Below are positions 54,001 through 64,000 of a stretch of DNA of 64,000 nt, in pieces. Under the pieces are notes generated by a model, which worked only from the letters and a program-made list of their open reading frames with translations, ran no database searches and was not told where the DNA came from. The first letter of the stretch is position 1. The number at the start of each line of letters is the position of its first letter. Source of the stretch: Eledone cirrhosa (Eukaryota). The DNA is taken from assembly GCA_964016885.1 (NCBI GenBank), contig OZ024743.1, positions 206,212,001 to 206,276,000 on the forward strand. The letters are read 5' to 3'. A program made the position numbers and the translations under genes.

Positions 54001-55670
54001 CGGCTAGAAATTACCTCTCCTTGGACGGCTGGAAATTATCTGCCCTTGGACGGCTGGAAATTATCTCCCCTTGGACGGCTGGAAATTATTTCCCCTTGAT
54101 TTTTTTTACAAATTATCTCCCCCTGATTTTTTTTTACAAATCTCCCCCTAATTTTAAAAAAAATTATCTCCCCTTCGCTGGCTGGAAATTATCTTCCTTT
54201 GGACGGTTGGAAATTATAGCCGCTTGTAGGGCTGGAAATTATCTCCCCTTGGAAGGATGGAAATTATCTCCCCTTGGACGGCTGGAAATTATCTCCCATT
54301 GATTTCTTCTACAAATTATCTACCCCTGATTTTTTTTTTACAAATTATCTCTCCCTGATTTTTTTTTACAAATATCTCCCCTTGGCTGGCTGGAAATTAT
54401 CTCCCGTTGGCTGGCTGGAAATTATCTCCCCTTGGACGGCTGGAAATTATCTCCCATTGATTTTTTTTACAAATTATCTCCCCTTGGCTGGCTGGAAATT
54501 ATCTCCCCTTGGCTGGCTGGAAATTATCTCCCCCTGATATTTTTTTACAAATTAGCTCCCCCTGATTTTTTTTTACAAATTATCTCCCCCTGATTTTTTT
54601 TTTTACAAATTATCTCCGCCTGATTTTTTTAAAATTATCTCCCCTTGGCTGGATGGAAATTATCTCCCCTTGGACGGCTGGAAATTATCTCCCCTTGGAA
54701 GGATGGAAATTATCTCCCCTTGGACGGCTGGAAATTATCTCCCCTTGCACGGCTGGAAATTATCTCCCCTTGGACGGCTAGAAATTACCTCTCCTTGGAC
54801 GGCTGAAAATTATCTCCCCTTGGACGGCTGGAAATTATCTCCCCCTGATTTTTTTTACAAATTATCTCCCCTTGCACGGCTGGAAATTATCTCCCCTTGG
54901 ACGGCTGGAAATTATCTGCCCTTGATTTTGTTTTTACAAATTATCTCCCCCTGATTTTTTTTACAAATTATCTCCACCTGATATTTAAAAAAATTATCTC
55001 CCCTTGGACGGCTGGAAATTATCTCCCCTTGGCTGGAAATTATCTCCCCTTGGACGATTAGAAATTATCTCTCTTTGGACGGCTGGAAATTATCTCCCCT
55101 TGATTTTTTTTACAAATTATCTCCCCCTGATTTTTTTTACAAATCTCCCAGTGATTTTTTAAAAAAAATTATCTCCCCTTCGCTGGCTGGAAATTACCTC
55201 CCCTTGGACGCTGGAAATTATAGCCCCTTGGAGGGCTGGAAATTATCTTCCCTTGGACGGCTGGAAATTATCTCCCCTTGATTTTTTTTACATATTATCA
55301 CCCCTGATTTTTTTTTACAAATTATCTCCCCCTGATTTTTTTTACAAATTATCTCCCCCTGATTTTTTTACAAATTATCTCCCCTTGGCTGGGTGGAAAT
55401 TATCTCCCCTTGGAGGCTGGAATTTATCTCCCCTTGGACGGCTGGAAATTATCTCCCCTTGGACGGCTAGAAATTATCTCCCCTTGAACGGCTGGAAATT
55501 ATCTCCCCTTGGACGGCTGGAAATTATCTCCCCTTGGAAGGATGGAAATTATCTCCCCTTGGACGGCTGGAAATTATCTCCCCTTGCACGGCTGGAAATT
55601 ATCTTCCCTTGGACGGCTAGAAATTACCTCTCCTTGGACGGCTGAAAATTATCTCCCCTTGGACGGCTGG
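29905..55670 (+). repeat. Near-perfect 12,883-bp tandem duplication (copy 1 29,905-42,787; copy 2 42,788-55,670)
   Basis: Every ORF-track start from 30051 to 42626 recurs exactly 12,883 bp later (42934 to 55509). The only internal difference I noticed is C at 39,558 versus G at 52,441. Confidence 0.96.
36418..42827 (+). repeat. Segmental copy (~6.4 kb) of about 20,421-26,937 (offset 15,997, then 15,890)
   Basis: Offsets are 15,997 (20517/36514, 23682/39679, 25141/41138) and 15,890 (25897/41787, 26736/42626). Shared private variants include GGATGGTAAT, GGACTGCTAG and TATTTGTCC. Confidence 0.92.
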
Positions 55671-58600
55671 AAATTATCTCCCCCTGATTTTTTTTACAAA
55701 TTATCTGCCCTTGCACGGCTGGAAATTATCTCACCTTGGACGGATGGAAATTATCTGCCCTTGATTTTGTTTTTACAAATGATCTCCCCCTGATTTTTTT
55801 TACAAATTATCTGCCCCTGATTTTTTTTTTACAAATTATCTCCGCCTGATTTTTTTTTTAAATTATCTCCCCTTGGACGGCTGGAAATTATCTCCCCTTG
55901 GACGGCTGGAAATTATCTCCCCTTGATTTTTTTACAAATTATCTCCGCCTGATTTTTTTTTTACAAATTATCTCCGCCTGATTTTTTTTTAAAATTATCT
56001 CCCCTTGGACGGCTGGAAATTATCTCCCCTTGGACGGCTGGAAATTATCTCCCCTTGATTTTTTTTTCCAAATTATCTCCCCCTGATTTTTTTTACAAAT
56101 TATCTACCCCTGATTTTTTTTATACAAATTATCTCCCCCTGATTTTTTTTACAAATTATCTCCCCCTGATTTTTTTTTTACAAATTATCTCCCCCCGATT
56201 TTTTTACAAATTATCTCCCCCTGATTTTTTTTACAAATTATCTCCGCCTGATTTTTTAAAGTATTATCTTCCCTTGGCTGGCGGGAAATTATCTCCCCTT
56301 GGACGGCTGGAAATTATCTCCCCTTGGAAGGATGGAAACTATCTCCCCTTGGACGGCTGGAAATTATCTCCCCTTGCACTGCTGGAAATTATCTCCCCTT
56401 GGACGGCTGGAAATTATCTGCCCTTGATTTTGTTTTTACAAATTATCTTCCCCTGATTTTTTTTACAAATTATCTCCACCTGATTTTTTAAAAAATTATC
56501 TCCCCTTGGACGGCTGGAAATTATCTCCCCTTGGCTGGAAATTATCTCCCTTTGGCTGGCTGGAAATTATCTCCCCCTGATATTTTTTTACAAATTAGCT
56601 CCCCCTGATTTTTTTTTACAAATTATCTCCCCCTGATTTTTTTCACAAATTATCTCCCCCTGATTTTTTTTACAAATTATCTCCTCTGATTTAAAAAAAA
56701 AAATTATCTCCCCTTGGACGGCTGGAAATTATCTCCCCTTGGACGGCTGGAAATTATCGCCCCCTGATTTGTTTTAACAAATTATCTCCACCTGATTTTT
56801 TTACAAATCATCGCCTGATTTTTTTAAAAAATTATCTCCCTTGGCTTGCTGGAAATTATCTCCCCTTGGACGGCTATGAATTATCTCTCCTTCGACGGCT
56901 GGAAATTATCTCCACTTGATTTTTTTACAAATTATCTCCCCGTGATTTTTTTTTACCAATCTACCCCTGATTTAAAAAAAAAAATTATCTCCCCTTCGCT
57001 GGCTGGAAATTATCTCCCCTTGGACGGCTGGAAATTATCTCCCCTTGATTTTTTTTACAAATTATCTCCCCCTGATTTTTTTTTACAAATTATCTCCCCC
57101 TGATTTTTTTTTTTACAAATTATCTCCGCCTGATTTTTTAAAAATTATCTCTCCTTGGCTGGATGGAAATCATCTCCCCCTGATTTTTTTTACAAATTAT
57201 CTCCCCTTGCACGGCTGGAAATTATCTCCCCTTGGACGGCTGGAAATTATCTCCCGTTGGCTGCAAATTATCTCCCCTTGGACGGCTAGAAATTACCTCT
57301 CTTTGGACGGCTGGAAATTATCTCCCCTTGATTTTTTTTACAAATTATCTCCCCCTGATTTTTTTTACAAATCTCCCAGTGATTTTTTTAAAAAAATTAT
57401 CTCCCCTTCGCTGGCTGGAAATTATCTCCCCTTGGACGCTAGAAATTATAGCCCCTTGGAGGGCTGGAAATTATCTTCCCTTGGACGGCTGGAAATTATC
57501 TCCCCTTGATTTTTTTTACATATTATCTCCCCCTGATTTTTTTTTACAAATTATCTCCCCGATTTTTTTCTACAAATTATCTCCCCCTGATTTTTTTTTT
57601 ACAAATTATCTCCGCCTGATTTTTAAAAAAAAATTATCTCCCCTTGGACGGCTGGAAATTATCTCCCCTTGGACGGCTGGAAATTATCTCCCCTAGGACG
57701 GCTAGAAATTACCTCTCCTTGGACGGCTGAAAATTATCTCCCCTTGGACGGCTGGAAATTATCTCCCCTTGATTTTTTTTAAAAATTATCTCCCTCTGAT
57801 TTTTTTTTACAAATTATCTCCCCCTGATTTTTTTTTACAAATTATCTCCCCCTGATTTTTTTTTACAAATTATCTCCCCCTGATTTTTTTACAAATTATC
57901 TCCCCTTGGCTGGCTGGCAATTATCTCCCCTTGGAGGCTGGAATTTATCTCCCCTTGGACGGCTGGAAATTATCTCCCCTTGGACGGCTAGAAATTACCT
58001 CTCCTTGTACGGCTGGAAATTATCTCCCCTTGAACGGCTGGAAATTATCTCCCCTTGGACGGCTGGAAATTATCTCCCCTTGGACGGCTGGAAATTACCT
58101 CTCCTTGGACGGCTGGAAATTATCTCCCCTTGGACGGCTGGAAATTATCTCCCCTTGGACACTGGAAATTATTTCCCCTTGATTTTTTTTACAAATTATC
58201 TCCCCCTGATTTTTTTTACAAATCTCCCCCTAATTTAAAAAAAAATTATCTCCCCTTCGCTGGCTGGAAATTATCTCCCTTTGGACGGCTTGAAATTATA
58301 GCTGCTTGTAGGGCTGGAAATTATCTCCCCTTGGACGGCTGGAAATTACCTTTCCTTCGACGGCTGAAAATTATCTCCCCTTGGACGGCTGGAAATTATC
58401 TCCCCCTGATTTTTTTTTACAAATTATCTCCGCCTGATTTTTTTAAAAAAATTATCTCCCCTTGGCTGGATGGAAATTTTCTCCCCTTGGACGGCTGGAA
58501 ATTATCCCCTTTATGTTTTCTACAAATTATCTACCCCTGATTTTTTTTTTACGAATTATCTCTCCCTGATTTTTTTTACAAATATCTCCCCTTGGCTGGC

Positions 58601-60744
58601 TGGAAATTATCTCCCCTTGGCTGGCTGGAAATTATCTCCCCTTGGACGGCTGGAAATTATCTCCCCTTGGACGCCTAGAAATCACCTCTACTTGGACAGC
58701 TGTAAATTATCTCCCCTTGGACGGCTGGAAATTATCTCGCCTTGGACGGCTGGAAATTATCTCCCCTTGATTTTGTATACAAATTATCTCCCCCTGATTT
58801 TTTTTTACAAATTAACTGCCCCTGATTATTTTTTTACAAATTAGCTCCGCCTGATTTTTTTTTAAAATTATCTCCCCTTGGACGGCTGGAAATTATCTCC
58901 CCTTGGACGGCTGGAAATTATCTCCCCTTGAACGGCTAGAAATTACCTCTCCTTGGACGGCTGAAAATTATCTCCCCTTGGACGGCTGGAAATTATCTCC
59001 CCTTGATTTTTTTACAAATTATCTCCCCCTGATTTTTTTTTTACAAATTATCTCCGCCTGATTTTTTTTTAAAATTATCTCCCCTTGGACGGCTGGAAAT
59101 TATCTCCCCTTGGACGGCTGGAAATTATCTCCCCTTGATTTTTTTTTCCAAATTATCTCCCCCTGATTTTTTTTTTACAAATTATCTACCCCTGATTTTT
59201 TTTTCAAATTATCTCCCCCTGATTTTTTTTACAAATTATCTCCCCCTGATTTTTTCTTACAAATTATCTCCCCCCGATTTTTTTACAAATTATCTCCCCC
59301 TGATTTTTTTTACAAATTATCTCCGCCTGATTTTTTTTAATATTATCTTCCCTTGGCTGGCGGGAAATTATCTCCCCTTGGACGGCTGGAAATTATCTCC
59401 CCTTGGAAGGATGGAAATTATCTCCCCTTGGACGGCTGGAAATTATCTCCCCTTGCACTGCTGGAAATTATCTCCCCTTGGACGGCTGGAATATATCTGC
59501 CCTTGATTTTGTTTTTACAAATTATCTTCCCCTGATTTTTTTACAAATTATCTCCACCTGATTTTTTTTTACAAATTATATCCCCCTGATTTTTTTTTAC
59601 AAATTATCTCCCCCTGATTTTTTTACAAATTATCTCCCCTTGGCTGGCTGGCAATTATCTCCCCTTGGAGGCTGGAATTTATCTCCCCTTGGACGGCTGG
59701 AAATTATCTCCCCTTGGACGGCTAGAAATTACCTCTCCTTGTACGGCTGGAAATTATCTCCCCTTGAACGGCTGGAAATTATCTCCCCTTGGACGGCTGG
59801 AAATTATCTCCCCTTGGACGGCTGGAAATTACCTCTCCTTGGACGGCTGGAAATTATCTCCCCTTGGACGGCTGGAAATTATCTCCCCTTGGACGGCTGG
59901 AAATTACTTCCCCTTGATTTTTTTTACAAATTATCTCCCCCTGATTTTTTTTACAAATTATCTCCGCCTGATTTTTTAAAATATTATCTTCCCTTGGCTG
60001 GCGGGAAATTATCTCCCCTTGGACGCCTGGAAATTATCTCCCCTTGGAAGGATGGAAATTATCTCCCCTTGGACGGCTGGAAATTATCTCCCCTTGCACT
60101 GCTGGAAATTATCTCCCCTTGGACGGCTGGAAATTATCTGCCCTTGATTTTGTTTTTACAAATTATCTTCCCCTGATTTTTTTTACAAATTATCTCCACC
60201 TGATTTTTAAAAAAATTATCTCCCCTTGGCTGGAAATTTTCTCCCCTTGGACGATTAGAAATTATCTCTCTTTGGACGGCTGGAAATTATCTCCCCTTGA
60301 TTTTTTTTACAAATTATCTCCCCCTGATTTTTTTTACAAATCTCCCAGTGATTTTTTAAAAAAAATTATCTCCCCTTCGCTGGCTGGAAATTATCTCCCC
60401 TTGGACGCTGGAAATTATAGCCCCTTGGAAGGCTGGAAGTTATCTTCCCTTGGAGGGCTGGAAATTATCTTCCCTTGGACGGCTGGAAATTATCTCCCCT
60501 TGATTTTTTTTACAAATTATCTCCCCCTGATTTTTTTTTACAAATTATCTCCCCCTGATTTTTTTTTACAAATTATCTCCTGATTTTTTTTACAAATTAT
60601 CTCCCCTTGGCTGGCTGGAAATTATCTCCCCTTGGAGGCTGGAATTTATCTCCCCTTGGACGGCTAGAAATTACCTCTCCTTGGACGGCTGAAAATTATC
60701 TCCCCTTGATTTTTTTTACGAATTATCTCCCCCTGATTTTTTTT

Positions 60745-61285
60745 TTACAAATTATCTCCCCCTGATTTATTTTACAAATTATCTCCGCCTGATTTTTTTA
60801 AATATTATCTTCCCTTGGCTGGCGGGAAATTATCTCCCCTTGGACGGCTGGAAACTATCTCCCCTTGGACAGCTGGAAATTATCTGCCCTTGATTTTGTT
60901 TTTACAAATTATCTCCCCCTGATTTTTTTTACAAATTATCTCCACCTGATTTTTTAAAAAATTATCTCCCCTTGGACGGCTGGAAATTATCTCCCCTTGG
61001 ACGGCTGGAAATTATTTCCCCTTGATTTTTTTTACAAATTATCTCCCCCTGATTTATTTTACAAATTATCTCCGCCTGATTTTTTTAAATATTATCTTCC
61101 CTTGGCTGGCGGGAAATTATCTCCCCTTGGACGGCTGGAAACTATCTCCCCTTGGACAGCTGGAAATTATCTGCCCTTGATTTTGTTTTTACAAATTATC
61201 TCCCCCTGATTTTTTTTACAAATTATCTCCACCTGATTTTTTAAAAAATTATCTCCTCTTGGACGGCTGGAAATTATCTCCCGTT
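60745..61285 (+). repeat. Local 287-bp-offset duplication
   Basis: The series GATTTATTTTAC ... GGCGGG ... GAAACTATC ... GGACAGCTGG ... CCACC appears twice, with GAAACT at 60,851 and 61,138. Confidence 0.85.
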
Positions 61286-63655
61286 GGCTGCAAATTATCT
61301 CCCCTTGGACGGCTAGAAATTACCTCTCTTTGGACGGCTGGAAATTATCTCCCCTTGATTTTTTTTACAAATTATCTCCCCCTGATTTTTTTTACAAATC
61401 TCCCAGTGATTTTTAAAAAAAAATTATCTCCCCTTCGCTGGCTGGAAATTATCTCCCCTTGGACGCTGGAAATTATAGCCCCTTGGAGGGCTGGAAATTA
61501 TCTTCCCTTGGACGGCTGGAAATTATCTCCCCTTGATTTTTTTTACATATTATCTCCCCCTGATTTTTTTTTACAAATTATCTCCCCGATTTTTTTCTAC
61601 AAATTATCTCCCCCTGATTTTTTTTTTACAAATTATCTCCGCCTGATTTTTTAAAAAAAATTATCTCCCCTTGGACGGCTGGAAATTATCTCCCCTTGGA
61701 CGGCTGGAAATTATCTCCCCTAGGACGGCTAGAAATTACCTCTCCTTGGACGGCTGAAAATTATCTCCCCTTGGACGGCTGGAAATTATCTCCCCTTGAT
61801 TTTTTTACAAATTATCTCCCTCTGATTTTTTTTTACAAATTATCTCCCCCTGATTTTTTTTTACAAATTATCTCCCCCTGATTTTTTTTTACAAATTATC
61901 TCCCCCTGATTTTTTTACAAATTATCTCCCCTTGGCTGGCTGGCAATTATCTCCCCTTGGAGGCTGGAATTTATCTCCCCTTGGACGGCTGGAAATTATC
62001 TCCCCTTGGACGGCTAGAAATTACCTCTCCTTGTACGGCTGGAAATTATCTCCCCTTGAACGGCTGGAAATTATCTCCCCTTGGACGGCTGGAAATTATC
62101 TCCCCTTGGACGGCTGGAAATTACCTCTCCTTGGACGGCTGGAAATTATCTCCCCTTGGACGGCTGGAAATTATCTCCCCTTGGACACTGGAAATTATTT
62201 CCCCTTGATTTTTTTTACAAATTATCTCCCCCTGATTTTTTTTACAAATCTCCCCCTAATTTAAAAAAAAATTATCTCCCCTTCGCTGGCTGGAAATTAT
62301 CTCCCTTTGGACGGCTTGAAATTATAGCTGCTTGTAGGGCTGGAAATTATCTCCCTTGGACGGCTGGAAATTACCTTTCCTTCGACGGCTGAAAATTATC
62401 TCCCCTTGGACGGCTGGAAATTATCTCCCCCTGATTTTTTTTTACAAATTATCTCCGCCTGATTTTTTTTTAAAAATTATCTCCCCTTGGCTGGATGGAA
62501 ATTTTCTCCCCTTGGACGGCTGGAAATTATCTCCCCTTTATGTTTTCTACAAATTATCTACCCCTGATTTTTTTTTTACGAATTATCTCTCCCTGATTTT
62601 TTTTACAAATATCTCCCCTTGGCTGGCTGGAAATTATCTCCCCTTGGCTGGCTGGAAATTATCTCCCCTTGGACGGCTGGAAATTATCTCCCCTTGGACG
62701 CCTAGAAATCACCTCTACTTGGACAGCTGTAAATTATCTCCCCTTGGACGGCTGGAAATTATCTCGCCTTGGACGGCTGGAAATTATCTCCCCTTGATTT
62801 TGTATACAAATTATCTCCCCCTGATTTTTTTTTACAAATTAACTGCCCCTGATTATTTTTTTACAAATTAGCTCCGCCTGATTTTTTTTTAAAATTATCT
62901 CCCCTTGGACGGCTGGAAATTATCTCCCCTTGGACGGCTGGAAATTATCTCCCCTTGAACGGCTAGAAATTACCTCTCCTTGGACGGCTGAAAATTATCT
63001 CCCCTTGGACGGCTGGAAATTATCTCCCCTTGATTTTTTTACAAATTATGTCCCCCTGATTTTTTTTTACAAATTATCTCCGCCTGATTTTTTTTTTAAA
63101 TTATCTCCCCTTGGACGGCTGGAAATTATCTCGCCTTGGACGGCTGGAAATTATCTCCCCTTGATTTTTTTTTCCAAATTATCTCCCCCTGATTTTTTTT
63201 TTACAAATTATCTACCCCTGATTTTTTTTTACAAATTATCTCCCCCTGATTTTTTTTACAAATTATCTCCCCCTGATTTTTTTTTACAAATTATCTCCCC
63301 CCGATTTTTTTACAAATTATCTCCCCCTGATTTTTTTTACAAATTATCTCCGCCTGATTTTTTTTAATATTATCTTCCCTTGGCTGGCGGGAAATTATCT
63401 CCCCTTGGACGGCTGGAAATTATCTCCCCTTGCACTGCTGGAAATTATCTCCCCTTGGACGGCTGGAAATTATCTGCCCTTGATTTTTTTTTTACAAATT
63501 ATCTTCCCCTGATTTTTTTACAAATTATCTCCACCTGATTTTTTAAAAAATTATCTCCCCTTGGACGGCTGGAAATTATCTCCCCTTGGCTGGAAATTAT
63601 CTCCCCTTGGACGGCTAGAAATTATCTCTCTTTGGACGGCTGGAAATTATCTCCC
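60970..63655 (+). repeat. Copy of about 17,030-19,765 (offset ~43.9 kb), also paralogous to about 57,230-59,560 (offset ~4,026)
   Basis: Offsets are 43,942 (17317/61259, 17754/61696, 17990/61932) and 4,026-4,027 (57232/61259, 57906/61932, 58055/62081). Shared variants are CCCCTAGGACGG and GGCTGGCAATT. Confidence 0.88.
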
Positions 63656-64000
63656 CTTGATTTTTTTTACAAATTATCTCCCCCTGATTTTTTTTTACAA
63701 ATTATCTCCCCCTGATTTTTTTTTACAACTTATCTCCGCCTGATTATTTTTTTAAAATTATCTCCCCTTGGACGGCTGGAAATTATCTCCCCTTGGACGG
63801 CTGGAAATTATCTCCCATTGATTTTTTTTACAAATTATCTCCCCTTGGCTGGCTGGAAATTATCTCCCCCTGATATTTTTTTACAAATTAGCTCCCCCTG
63901 ATTTTTTTTTACAAATTATCTCCCCCTGATTTTTTTCACAAATTATCTCCCCCTAATTTTTTTTACAAATGACCTCCCCTGATTTAAAAAAAAAAATTAT

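Larger units (their letters stand above)
1..64000 (+). repeat. Complex two-monomer tandem satellite array (25-bp A and ~27-bp B monomers sharing core AAATTATCTCCCC), running off both window ends
   Basis: The core AAATTATCTCCCC or a 1-3 nt variant recurs every ~21-29 bp from base 3 to the last bases. I saw no reverse-orientation copy (GGGGAGATAATTT) on the + strand and no non-repeat interval. Confidence 0.99.

Noticed and set aside
405-63743. All ORFs in the supplied track (60-319 aa) as protein-coding genes
   Set aside because: They are translations of the 25/27-bp monomers, mostly from TTG starts. They overlap in several frames with the same peptide and end at arbitrary T-tract frameshifts. 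I see no recognisable domain or codon-level constraint.
1-64000. CRISPR array (constant core plus variable spacer)
   Set aside because: The constant part is only 13 bp, and the 12-16 bp 'spacers' are just two recurring types. There are no unique spacers, leader or cas genes.
1-64000. Canonical telomerase-made telomeric repeat
   Set aside because: There is no TTAGGG, TTAGG or TTTAGGG-like unit and no match to the long yeast telomere repeats I know. Multi-kb duplications carrying private variants are not expected from templated addition.
1-64000. G-quadruplex or i-motif array from the GGGG/CCCC runs
   Set aside because: The runs are about 21-23 nt apart, far longer than canonical loops, so stable intramolecular structures are not supported by sequence alone.
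1-64000. Sequencing concatemer or synthetic artefact (adapter/primer multimers)
   Set aside because: The monomers match no adapter I recognise. Rare variants and homopolymer lengths are reproduced in nested multi-kb blocks, which implies real evolutionary history, although copy number still needs read validation.

Overview
The whole 64 kb window is one uninterrupted, head-to-tail tandem array (complex satellite/minisatellite DNA), most likely eukaryotic. I see no credible gene, RNA gene, transposon, CRISPR array or unique sequence. The array is built from two short monomers that share a 13-bp core, AAATTATCTCCCC. Monomer A (25 bp) is core+TTGGACGGCTGG. Monomer B (~26-29 bp) is core+CTGA(T)7-10AC. 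About 2,400-2,500 monomers (64,000/~26) are interleaved as alternating A-runs and B-runs, and junction-specific variants mark the run boundaries. Above this sit nested, irregular higher-order repeats: a ~1.2 kb marker cassette, a ~5.7-6.0 kb unit, segmental copies at offsets of ~16.0, 16.8, 19.0 and 43.9 kb, and a near-perfect 12,883-bp tandem duplication (29,905-42,787 / 42,788-55,670). All listed ORFs follow from monomer A having no stop codon in any + frame. I cannot identify the organism or a named satellite family from the sequence. Block boundaries were read by eye and from ORF-track offsets, so they are approximate.
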